Positions 41,139-53,008 of a DNA stretch of 64,000 bases are shown one piece after another. The notes below the pieces were generated by a model that saw only the letters and a program-made list of their open reading frames with translations, did no database searches and was not told the DNA's origin. The position numbers were made by a program, and so were the translations under genes. The stretch's first letter is position 1, and the number at the start of each line of letters is the position of its first letter. This stretch comes from Camelus dromedarius (Eukaryota): NCBI RefSeq assembly GCF_036321535.1, contig NC_087436.1:5766001-5830000 (forward strand), in the 5' to 3' direction.

Positions 41139-41399
41139 TACTTGATTCTGTTAAAAAACAAACAAACAAACAAAAATAACCCTCTCTTGTTTTAGTCTCC
41201 TCTTCTGTATTCCCATTTCTACCCAATTCAATCCTGCAATTTTTCAGTAACTTCAGAATTCCTCCAGAGACTTCCTCTAGTCTGTATTCTCTCCATTTCA
41301 TTGATCCAACATCGTGCCCAGCGACATACAACTTTCAGAAAGGGTGACATTTGCTAGTCGATGTCCAAGACCTTAAAAATGGATACCTGACTCAGAAAT

Positions 41400-42068
41400 G
41401 GAGCATGGAGCTTTCTGGAAATCTATATTTAAACACAGCTTTTGACGGAGCAATGTCACTTCTAAATATCCACTGTGAAGGTGCAACTCCAAAAATAAGA
41501 AAATGCATATGGATAGCAAAGGGTATTCATTCTAACATTGTGTGCAATTGCAAAATATTAGAAAAAACCCAAATGGTCATCCATGGGAGAGTAGTTGAAT
41601 CACCTACATTTCATCAATGCCGTGAAGTAATATGCAGCTGTGTAAAGGATGAGGAAACTGTCCAAGCCCTGATAGGGGGTGAGCTCCAGGATATACTGTT
41701 GGGTGGGACAAAAAGTGCCAAAATTATTTCTAGTATGCTGTCCTTTATGTAAGAAAGGGGTAAAAGGAAGTAGACATGGATCTGCCCATTTGCACAAAAG
41801 AAATGCAGAAAGATAAATCAGACACTACTGAGATGGCTTACGGGATGGAGAGGAGTAAGGAGAGAAGTGAGAGTGGAGTTACAGGGATTCAGGTAACTGT
41901 TCTCTGGATGCACTGCTCTGTATAGTTCTGACACTAACCCATGGTGAATAGCCCACCTATTTAAAGTAAAGAGACAATAGAAATCAACAGAATATGGGGG
42001 AAATCCAACATGGAATTCAAATGTAACAAATGACTTTAACTGAATTACAAAAGAATAATATAAATACA
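41400..42068 (+). mobile_element. Old L1 (L1MC-like) ORF2 end / 3' UTR
   Basis: tttgacggagcaat..cacttcta, aaaaaacccaaatg..ccat and gagctccaggatatactgtt phrases. Confidence 0.7.
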
Positions 42069-42076
42069 CTACATTA

Positions 42077-42302
42077 TCCTTCCTTCCTTCCTTCTTTCCT
42101 TCCTTCCTTCCTTTCTTCCTTTCCTTCCTTCCTCCCTCCCTCCCTCTGTCTCTCCCTCCTTCTTTCTTTCTTCCTTTCTACCTTCCTTTCTTTCTCTTTC
42201 TTCTTTTCTACCTTCCTTTCTTTCTTTCTTCCTTTCTTTCTTCCTTTCTTTTTCTTTCCTTTTCTTTTCTTTTCTTTTCTTTTCTTTTCTTTTCTTTTCT
42301 TT

Positions 42303-42354
<52 letters not shown>

Positions 42355-42367
42355 TCCTTCTTTCTTT

Positions 42368-42451
<84 letters not shown>

Positions 42452-42522
42452 TTTCTTCCCTTTTCCTTCCTTCCTTTCTTCCTTTCTTCTTTTCTTTCCT
42501 CCTTCCTTCCTTTTTCTTTCTT
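42077..42522. repeat. Compound polypyrimidine microsatellite (TTCC/TTTTC/TTTC)n, about 445 bp
   Basis: Directly visible; almost only C and T. Confidence 0.98.
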
Positions 42523-43074
42523 GGCTCTGTGATCGAATCCTGCAATAGTGTCCTTTCTAATCTTGACAATGTTTTAACCAGGGATCCAGTTATTTGTGGC
42601 GTGGTATTATCTGATGTGACAGTGAGTTCCTCATATTTTCCCCTAGGGCTTCCATATAATACATTACATACTTTATTTAAAAATTAAAAGTCTTTTCACA
42701 TTGAAAATCCAGACCCAGACCTAGAAATCACATTCACACAAATCACTCGGCTACTGCAAGCTCTTTTTAGTGGAATCTCGCTAACAATGTATTTTTAAGT
42801 GCTTCAAAATGCTATTCATCCTTATTTAATTACGTACATATATAAACAGGAGTCTTTTGCAATGAGTACTGACACATGAATTTATATCTAAACACATTTT
42901 AAAGGTTTTCTAATTCCATCTTACAAATGCCATAGTAATTTTATTATAGACTATCACTTGTATAAAAATGAAACTAGTCACAAGTTTAACATGGTGTAGT
43001 TTATCTCACTTTTGTATTTTGACATAAGTAGCTTAGAAAGTAGAAACTTTTTTTGTCACCATCATTCAAAATTT

Positions 43075-43299
43075 TTAGAACTGTGTTCTCATAGGTATAG
43101 TTTTGACAGTCAATAGGAGGTTTGGACTAATGTCTCTAACTTCATATGCTTTTCTGAGCCATCTTTTTCTTGTCTTCAAGAGTGAAGAGAGGTTTTCAGG
43201 ACTGAAGTCCACGTAGGGTGTGAAACTTCTGGCAGTGCTGGGAATAATGTGAAAATAGCCCTCTGTGAACTCTTTTTTAACATCTCCAGCTGTAAGATG
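43075..43299 (-). other. Candidate terminal coding exon of an unidentified gene (unverified)
   Basis: Minus-strand acceptor gtttttctattgcag|, 74 open codons to TAA, and AATAAA at 42945-42940. No repeat similarity or protein family recognised. Confidence 0.25.
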
Positions 43300-43592
43300 C
43301 TGCAATAGAAAAACGTCATTTTTTTACAATATTTTCTTCACAATTGACTGATTTGACTCAAGTGCTCTGGTCAATTCCAATCTAAAATAAAAATTTCACT
43401 CTGTCTAACTAAGCAATGTAAAAACAACAATTTGATGCTTGAGAGAAGTTAAGAAAGATTGAATAACCAAGGAAGGGAAAAACATTTTAGACACAGACTG
43501 GTGACCTTTCTAAGATATTGCCATATGAAAAATTAATTCTGAGTTTCACGCAGGGTTAACCGATCCAAAATTAAACTTCAGCGTACTGGGTT

Positions 43593-43605
43593 GTTGCTAG
43601 GCAAC
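43593..43605. promoter_or_regulatory. RFX X-box motif
   Basis: GTTGCTAGGCAAC, an inverted-repeat X-box matching the RFX consensus, in apparently unique sequence. Function not shown. Confidence 0.55.
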
Positions 43606-45074
43606 TATTAAGTTTGCTCTGGTTCCTGATTTTAGTCTTTTGTAACTAATTTAGTGTTAATGGAACTCCCTCTTGGTCCATGGAAGCAAATACATTTGTT
43701 GGGAGTTGGGGCGGCAGGGGAGGGGCACAAAATGAAACCCTGAAGCTTAAAACAGAATAATTGTTCTAAGCATAAGTCTGCTGGACGGTTGCATTTGCTA
43801 TACATGAGTGATCACTGAAGAAATTCAATTTACATAGTGAATGAAAGTTATTTTAGTAAATTGATATTTAATGTATTAATACACATTTTAAATTAATAAT
43901 ACCTATTGGAGTGAAATGGTGGTAGTGTTCTCAAATCATTCTTCTCCCGGCATCTTGTACCCCTCCCCCCTGCCAGTCTTCACTTTTCCCCAAGGCAGGT
44001 GTCACTGATTTGCTTTCGATGACACAGCACGAAAATCACTGAGCCCTGTTAATAACATGTTTCTTACACAGTCTTACGTAGGCTTCTCATTCAGTATGTG
44101 GAGTTCCACTGGTGGTATCACACCTCCTTCACATCACTGACGTGTCCCATCCCGTGTCTCCTGGGACCGAGTGGGTGTGTCTGCCTAATTTAGGAGTCGG
44201 GCCCCTGGAGGTCCATCTACCTGCATAACTAAGCACCCAACAACTTGGACTTTACCGGTAATAAATGTAATATTTGGGTCTCAGCCTTTATTTTCATTTT
44301 GCCCTTCGGTGTCTTCAAAATGAGACAATGGAAAGGAATGTTCTTTTAGAGATTCCACTTGAAGAATGTGAGAACTAGCAACTGGATCACAGCTATTGGC
44401 TCAATATGGAGGCCATGAACCTAGTTAGACGCAAGGGACCCACAGAGCCGGGAAGCCGACAGAAATAGAAACGGATGATTACACAGACTGTACTGAGTGC
44501 AGTGTGGTGAAAGGGTGAGGAGAGATGGAGAAGGCGCTAACTCAGACCCACAAGTGTCTGTCCGTGTGCAATCTCACAGCACACAAGGCAACAACGCAGT
44601 AAAGTTGGGGTTAGGAATGGCATCGTCAAAAAGGAGAAAAAAAAAAGCGCCCAGAGAAGAAGTCATATAGTGCATTGTGGGATATTGTAAGTTATTAATT
44701 TCTATGAAACATAAAGGCTGAGGCAGGTAGAGAGATGAGGTGGGACAGTAGGAAAGAGTGAGGGGGCCCGGCAGGTCGCAGGGACAAGGCACAAAACCTT
44801 CTTTTTTATTTTTTTTAAGTTTGCTATCATTTGTCCTTTTAAAAGTCTTCATGAAATTCTTCATTTTTTAAAAAACTGTAAGCACAATCATTAACTATGA
44901 GTCTCCTGGACTTTTGTTTGCCTCTGTTGACACACTTCTCCTTCAAACATACGTAGAGCTGAGAATACCCAGGCTTTCGTTTAAGTATTTTCAAAAGCAT
45001 GTTTGCCACCAAGATACGACAGAGAGAGGAGAACCTTAAGGTACCTCAAGTTCATCACTAAAGGACATTTCTAA

Positions 45075-45960
45075 TCTCCTCACCCAATCTCGTCCTCTTC
45101 CATGGTCCCAGCTCTCAGGAAACCACAGCACCACTCAAACTGCTTCCCCAGCGAGACATCCGGGAGTGCCCTCTGAGACTCCTCCTCTGCTGGGCCCGGG
45201 TCTCACCCACCATCAGGATCCTCTGACTCTACCTCCTGACAGACGCCTGGCCTCTTCTCCAGTCTTCACGTCCACCACGCCGGTGCGAGGACCACAGCAG
45301 CCCTCTCCTGAACTGCAACAGTGACACTGTGTAACCTCTCTCTCTCTCCAGACCCTTGACATCTATTTCCTACACTGCAGTCACAAGGATCTTTTTAAAA
45401 CATGAGTCTGATAACGTCACCTCCTTTATTTAAAATACCACAAACTGTGCACCAGAAATTGACCCATTGGAAACTGACTATACTTAAAAAAGAAAAAGAA
45501 AAGAAAAAAAATACTGCAATGATTTCAGACTGAATCTGGGGTAAACCTTTAGATCGTGGTCTGGATCTGACCTCATTCCTGGGTTCACCCACTTCCGGTC
45601 TCTGCAGGGCAGCTGTTTGGTCCCTCCCACTGGCCTTGCCAACACAGGCGGCAGGCCCTGGTTCCCTCTGTTTGGAAGACTCAGTTTCTCCCTCTCCACC
45701 TCTTCGTTTGCGATATTTAGATCTCAGCACAAATGTTTCTTGATTTTGTTGATCGCCTGGACGCAAGTCAGAGCCCTTCTCATGGGTTGTCAGACTTCGT
45801 GCACTTGGGCAGAACCTTGTGTCACTGGGGCACTTTTGTTCATTTATGTTAATGCTTTTATTTTAAACACATGTGTCCTCTCCTTGGACTGTAATCTCAG
45901 TGAAGTAGGTCGTATGCCCCCGCTGCGTCTGGGGCACCAGCTCACGGCCCGCAGCCAGGG
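45075..45960 (+). mobile_element. L2 LINE fragments
   Basis: ctacactgcagtcacaaggatctttttaaaacatgagtctgataacgtcac and ccttggactgtaatctc..ggcac are typical of the L2 3' region. Confidence 0.7.
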
Positions 45961-47846
45961 TACTTCTGTTTCCTAGTTACACAGCGTGGAGCGACTGACA
46001 GGGACCCCGCATCCTCACCACACTGCCAACCACACCGGACCTTCCTCCAGGAATTCCCACTTACCTCCAGCCAGGTACAGGTTTCCAGTCTAAAGATTAT
46101 TCTCATCTCCTCTGTTTTGCCTCCCGTTATTTCCAAGCCGCAAACCCTCTCGACCTTCCCATTCATATAAATGTTGATCACTACCCCCCCCCCCCCACCC
46201 CAGACAAACGTCACTGACCCGTTTCAATCACACCGGTAATACTGGGACTGCCTCCAAGCTGGGATTGTTGGAACTGCCCCAGGGACTTCACTCTGATCTC
46301 AAAATCAAAAATCACTGATGCTAATCCACAAATGCCCAAAGTACAATGAATATCAGATGTGCTCAATCAAGGCCGGAGAGCCTGACAAAAACGATTCTTG
46401 ACAGTACATCGGCACTCGATTAATTGATAGCTAATCAGGAAGGTTTTTGCAGTGTCATCATTAGCAAATATAACCCACACGTTTAGTACCTTCCATAATT
46501 CATCCAGATTTGACTGGCGGTCCCTGCTCTGACCGATTTATCCTCCGGGTCAGCACTAAACAAACGGGGGCCTGCTGTGGGCTGTCCTCCCCGTTCTCCA
46601 GGGCCGCGTACTGGACAAGCCTCGGAGCCCCAAGAAACTAATCAAACTGGCCAATCCACAGAGACTCCCTGAAACTGAGCTAACCCCACCCTGCCTCCAG
46701 CTTGCGTTACCTGCGTCCGGGTGTAACCCTCTGTGTGGCCTGTGTGATTACTTTCCCCCATTGGGAGCTTTCAGTAGTGACCAAAGGTCCTGCCTTCCAT
46801 CTACCCAGCATCAGTGGGTTTTGTCTTGCTGGCAAAAGAATTTTTAACCCCTATTTCATAAGGCTTTTCACTTTCCTCCCAAGAGAATGTTAAAGTGATG
46901 TTTTATCTCACATACGAAATCATACCAATTATAGACTTTCTTTGTGGCTTAATATGACACTTGTAGCATAATATGTGTGCCTAGAATATGACAGACCTTT
47001 AACCCATGCGGGTTTACTCTTTCCATTAAATCCTTCTTATTATGGCCAATTTTTTTAGAATCAGCCATTTCTTTCTAAAGGAGAGAAAGAAAAGAAGAAA
47101 AAGAAAAAATGAACACAGGGCCACACAAATCTGATTTTAGAGCCACAATTGTATAAGGATTTATTACTCCAGATCCTGTGAGCAAATTAATTCCATGGCA
47201 GCCCAAATCTGCAAATGCGACGAAGTGTCTGGGTGACTCAAACACGGAAAGTGAAAGTAAAACTTTCCTTCTTTGTTTTTGCTGTATTTATCTTAACAAT
47301 CTGTTGTTTTTCCACTTGCCATAATATTCAAATCTTTCACTGGTGAGACATTATATTGGTAAAAAAAGTTGATTGTTTTCTTTTCAGAATTTCTAGTAAA
47401 GCTATTCTTATGCAGTAAAACCTGACCATAACCCTTTGGTTTCCAATCTTGTCTACAAACTGAATCAAGTTTGCCTCAGATGTTTATCCAATAATCAAGG
47501 TTTTATTTATTCTTACTGCACTTAAGAATTACTTGGGATTTTAAAAAATGTATATAACTGAGACCTGGGACTGACTTTCAATAACCTGGCTTGATTGAAG
47601 TGGAATTTAGACATTGGGATATTTTTAAAATCTCCTTTTATATCCCTTCCTGTTGTGGATGGTTCTAACCTGCATCCAGTGAGGTTCCTAAAGGTGCATT
47701 TGATAGACTTGGCCTTGAAATTGTATGGAAAACAGTCTCAATTTCTGGTACAAATTACACTCCATTTACTAAGCATTTTCTGTTCTCACACTGAGTTACT
47801 CACAATGAACTAATTGGGGTGATGTACGTCAGAAGTAAAACCTTCT

Positions 47847-47986
47847 GGGGGAGGGTCTAGATAAAGTGGTAGAGCACATGCTTAGCGTGCAGGAGGTCCT
47901 GGGTTCAACCCCCTAATTACTCCTCTCCCCACCAAAAAATAAATAAAACAAATAAAATAAAAATTAAGCTTTGTTTAAAAAAAAAA
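47847..47986 (+). mobile_element. vic-1-like SINE with internal deletion and TSD
   Basis: SINE head; TSD aagtaaaaccttct (47833-47846) / aaggaaaaccttcc (47987-48000). Confidence 0.9.
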
Positions 47987-50779
47987 AAGGAAAACCTTCC
48001 AGTTTGTTAAATCAGATAGAGCGTTCACATAGACCACTACCATCAATTTAATCCTCTGTGTTACCACCGTCATGTTCAGATTTTTATATCTGAAGACAAG
48101 ATGAAACGAAGAACATCGCTCTGTCTTCTCTGACCCTTTCTCGGCTTCCTCTTTTCTCTCCATTAAAGCAGTAAAAGTACAAGAAATGTCTGGAGCCGCC
48201 ATATGCTTTTTTGATAGGATATAAAGTTAATGACTCCAAGTCTCCAAAAACGTGAGAAGGCTAGACCCTTCTGTGTTTGTTCCAAGTGTTAAAATCAACA
48301 GTGCATTACCAGTGCACTGTGAACTGTGGGCAATTTTGTTGCCTGCATTTATTATTAAATCTTAACATTCAGTAATTCTGATGATGAACTGAAGACACTA
48401 CAGCTTAATGAAGGGAATGTAACAGGCTGCATTGAAAATCTGGTGAATCTGGGGTGTTCGCCCACTCGGAGCTGCGGGACATGGAGTGGTTATGAATTTC
48501 ATTTATGCAGATCTTACCCCAGTTATTATATCATTCTTCAAAGAGTCCCAGTAAAATCTCTGCCAGCAATATTAAATGAGTTTCTAAAATTACTTTATAG
48601 ATGAAGAACTTTATATCTTTTGGGCCTTAGCTAGAAAATGTTGCTTTAGCATTACAAAAGTTGCAATTCAATTTTAATAACCTTGGTATCAAAATCACAC
48701 GAATACCCAAAGACCTTTACCTCCAATATTATTTTTTTCCAATAATGAGGTAGTTTGTATGTTGTTAAAACAATAGATCAAGTTAGTTAGAAAAAACGGA
48801 CCTTTTTTCGAAAAACACATTAAAATCTTTACTTATATACATTTTTTACTTTCTTGATGATTCTTTGGGCAAACTTACAGTTGACAATCTTTTAGTGTGT
48901 TCTGCAGGTATAATATCTTGAATTTAAACTGATGAACATGTCCAATAAAACAAGCATCTAAAATTATTTGATAGAAGTTAACATTATTTCGATTTTTTAA
49001 AGCAAAGCATGATCTGTGTATATGTATTGTAACAACTAATGTCAGAATTATTGTTAAACAAACTATAATAGACATTCACTTGATTTCTTTCTTTATTCTC
49101 TAGAACATGTCTATAGGAGAGGAAAAAACTTAGACATAGGTATTTTACCCAAAAGATCTTTTCATTTGGAAACAATCCTCAGGGTACATAAAGAAAACGT
49201 TGTTAACTGGATTGTTCTGAGTGATGCTACTGCTATTACCATAAATAGGGAGATATAATTTTCCAACATTCCTTCAAATCATGTGCTAATTTTTCAACCA
49301 GCATGAAATGTTTTCACCATGCTTTTGTGAAAATTTGCCTTTGGACATGCTCAGAATCGCAGTCTTTCGCTGAGAGTGGAAACACGATTTGTTCATGCAT
49401 TTGACAACACTAGTTAAATTTTGGGTTCGGCAAGCCACTATTCCCAGAGGCATCTGAGTTCTAATTTCCCAAACAGAGTTCATTCTGCCTTGTGAAGTTT
49501 ATGAGCAATACTTTTAAATTGACTTGGTATCATTTGCCAAGCTCAAATGCTAAATGATTAAAACCGAAAGCCTTGTGGAGATGCTGTGATAGGAAAACCT
49601 ATATTTTTAAAATGAAAAGTAGTGATAAAATTTTAATATATTGATGACAGGGGACTATTTGCTCCTCAAAAGGATATATATGTAATATAATTCTTACTTA
49701 CATATTTACATATGATAATGGCATATGCGTATATAATCATATATATTCTAATTTATTTGCATTTAACTTTAGAAAACACATCATTCTAATTAGCCACTAA
49801 AATACAGGACACTGCTGATAAGCGTGGGAGTTATTAGCATTTATTACTATCACTAGGGAAATGTGTAGACTGGAAATGAATGGTTGCTTTTATGTATTTT
49901 TCCAATCAAAAATATGAGTTAGTGATTTTGGTTACAAGGAAACAGTGAATGAGAGAAAATAAGCACCTTTTCCAAGATTAGAGAGAAAAGATTTTTCAGC
50001 TGACAATCAATGGTGTTTCTGTTCAAAGTCTGTGCTCTAATGACTGGTGTTCCTTAAACAAGTGAAACTCAAAGTGTCCTGTGTCGCTGAATATAAATTG
50101 ATATTAAAACATTTGTTGTAAGTCGACAAAGTTTAGGATTTTACTTTCTACTTCAAGGAAAAGAACAAGCATTTAGTTGGACTTGCATGTAAGAGGAAGA
50201 CTATGTCTGTACCAAAGGTAGATGTTTCTCATATTAGTTTTAAGAAGCATTAAAAATGTAAATTGGTCATGAATTTATCCACTTATGTAAATCCTGGCCT
50301 ATAAAAGCCATTTAAGATAAAGTTCTATGTCAAGTACTTTGTAACATCAATATATTTCTGTGTATTGGCATTTTATAAGGGAAGGAATCTTTTGCTTTAA
50401 TCAATATTTTGGAAAAACAAAACAATTTTTTTTAAATGTAGCATTTAAAATATTTTACTCTTTACCAGAACCTTTTATTTCTGCAAATTTTTGTCATTTA
50501 ATGCACACATCCTCATCATAAAAGGTATCGGATGGCCCTTAAAAGCACACCATCTGTTTCTTTCACAATATAAACAGGAATTTGAATTTAGAAAGTAACT
50601 AACTGGAATCTGTGAGTCATAAAAGATCTGATTCTCTTGAGGAGAAGAAACTTTTTCTTCCCATAAATTTCTTACCCATTAATAGGCTGCCCAAAGTGAT
50701 ATGTAGGATTCTGTTTCTTGTGATGCCAAGAGGTTTGGGATCTGACAGGAAGACTTTCGGTGAGAGCCTGAATAATTAA

Positions 50780-51180
50780 ACTACGCTGGAGGTCGATGGA
50801 GAACTTTTTCTCCACCCACCCTTAGGGCGCAGTGACTCTGCCTTATGGCACGCTGGTATTAACACGGTGAGAGCCACGTGTGCGCGCGCAGGTGTGCACT
50901 GCGCTGGAGCAAAGATGCGCTACATCGGCTCATCAGATAATGCTTAAGTTTTCCTGATTCGGTAGCCGCGACAGCAAGCGGAAACAGTCCCGCGGCCCCT
51001 CCCCACTCCTGTGGTACCCACGGCCCTCATGGGCGGAAAGGTGGACTGGAAGCACTGGACCGCCCCAAGCAGAGATGCCCTACTCAGTGCTCACCAAGGT
51101 TTTGATGTTTCCAGCCTTTTAGGGCCCTTCTCGGAGGTTTCTTTTTCTTGAGCCTCACAGGCTTCTGCCGCCACGTGAAG
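50780..51180. promoter_or_regulatory. Small CpG-enriched patch with E-box and NRF1-like palindrome
   Basis: CACGTG 50875-50880 abuts TGCGCGCGCA 50881-50890; many CpGs against a depleted background. Confidence 0.4.
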
Positions 51181-51394
51181 AAACACTATTTTCTATGAGC
51201 AATTCTCCACCTCCTATGATGTTTTTTTTCTCCATCTGATAGAGGCCACTTGTCAGTGGAGTCAAGAACCGGACCGAAATGTCACTTCAACCGGGAAAGG
51301 CCACATACCCCCTCCTAAATTTGAGACGTTGGGGTCGACCAGCGTGTGGTACCCCTCTGTGATCTGAATGCCATTCTGCAACAAGCGCATCTCT

Positions 51395-51513
51395 GGGGGG
51401 AGGGTGCAGTTCAGTGGTGGAGCACATGCTTAGCGTGCGCGAAGTCCCGGGTTCAACCCCCAGAACCTCCTCCAAAGAAATGAATGAATAAAAACCTAAT
51501 TACCACCCTGCAA
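51395..51513 (+). mobile_element. vic-1-like SINE with 15-bp TSD
   Basis: TSD aacaagcgcatctct (51380-51394) / aacaagtgcatctct (51514-51528), differing by one CpG-type transition. Confidence 0.93.
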
Positions 51514-51568
51514 AACAAGTGCATCTCTTTCCCCTGTGATGTGGGACACTCCCAGAAATAATCTGCAG

Positions 51569-51748
51569 GTACTAAGATATACAAAATAGGTAAGCAACCA
51601 GATGCTACTGTAGATCACAGGGAGCTGTATTTGGTATCTTGTAGTAACCTAGAATGAAAAAGAACGTATGTATGTATAACTGAATCACTATGCTGTACAC
51701 CAGAAACTAATGCAACATTGTGAATCAACTATACTTCAATTTTAAAAA
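51569..51748 (+). mobile_element. Short lineage-specific L1 3' end
   Basis: actgaatcactatgctgtacaccagaaactaa..tcaactatacttcaattttaaaaa. Confidence 0.88.
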
Positions 51749-51971
51749 CACAAACAGTTGACCGAGTCAAGTCCCCTTTTGAGCACGGACTTCAGACCTC
51801 TTGGTAAACACTGATGATATTTATCAACAAAAGAGATAATGAGGCTAATGCAGAGGTCTTCCCAGTAAAAAATTTCACAAGATATAGGTAGTAAGGAAGC
51901 TTCCAATTTCTGTATTTACGGGCATAGCTCACTAGAGAATTTTACATGAGCTATGTAGTATGTGGATCAGA

Positions 51972-52605
51972 AAAGAGAGATGTTCCAGAAAAACAGAACC
52001 AATAGGATGGATGAAAATATATAAAAATATATTAGATTTACACATTAAATTGTTATATAAATTAAGTTCATTTAAATTAAATACGTTCACTTTGTTTTCT
52101 CTCATTTTGAGAATAACAGATAAAAATGATTCTCTCAGGAGGAGAGTGAACAGAGAAATAAAATGTGTGTGTGTTTACATAAGTGGGATGGTATACTTAT
52201 TATAGGAGACTGGCTCATGCAATTATAAAGGTTGAGACGTCCTGAGATCTGTAGTTGATGGAGCCCCAGACCTGAGGGTGGAGTTCCAGACCGAAGGCTG
52301 AGAACCAGGAGAGCCGATGGTGTGGATGGAGTCCAAGAGTGGAGAAAACTGCTGCCCAGGATCTAAGGCAGTTGGGCGGGAGGAGTTCCCTGTCTCTTGT
52401 GAGGATGTCAGCTGTTGCTCTGCCAACACATCTTCAACATAAGGCCCACCCACGTGAGGAAGGACATTCTTCTTTACTCAGTCTGGGGATTCAAATATTA
52501 ATCTCATCCATAAACACCCACACAGACACATCCAGAATCATGTCTGAACAGACATCTGGTGGCCCCATGTCCCAGTCAGGCTGACCTGTAAAATCAACCA
52601 TCACA
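51972..52605 (-). mobile_element. MLT2-type ERV-L solo LTR
   Basis: ccagaaaaacagaaccaatagga..ggctcatgcaatt..ctgagaaccaggagagccgatggtgt..aggcccacccac..aaaatcaaccatcaca. Confidence 0.88.
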
Positions 52606-52915
52606 ACACCCTCCACGTATCTTTCACCCCCACTTGTGTTGCTTACAACCTTATAGGGTAAATTTGAAGCAGAGCATGTTCTGTTGTGGGGTGAAAGGAA
52701 CAGGGAGCTTTGCCGATGATCTCAGATGGCTCCACCTTGTCCCTGTGCCCAGTGACTGCCAATATCCTTTGCATTATTGATAGGGTTTAGGACTGGTTGA
52801 GATCCCTGCTTCCTGTGGGTTTGATTTGGCAATCCAACACTTGGTATTATCTGGAAGAATTATAAAATACTTTAAAAAATTCACTCAACTACCCCACAGA
52901 CAACTACTGAAGATT

Positions 52916-53008
52916 GGTGGAGGGTATAGCTCAGGGGTAGAGCATGTGCTTAGCATGCATGAGGTCCTGGGTTCAATCCCCAGTACTTCCATTAAAAAAA
53001 AAAAAAAA
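52916..53008 (+). mobile_element. vic-1-like SINE, short form with poly(A)
   Basis: gagggtatagctcaggggtagagcatgtgcttagcatgcatgaggtcctgggttcaatccccagtac followed by poly(A). Confidence 0.92.

Noticed and set aside
41351..41752. 133-aa ORF
   Set aside because: It lies in a decayed L1 ORF2 end and has a non-ATG start.
42030..42569. 172-aa and 166-aa ORFs (F/S/L-rich and K/E/R-rich)
   Set aside because: They are translations of the (TTTC)n microsatellite, which has no stop codons.
52916..52995. tRNA-like sequence with A and B boxes (also in the six other copies)
   Set aside because: These are SINE heads with A-rich tails, TSDs in some copies and copy-to-copy divergence, not tRNA genes.
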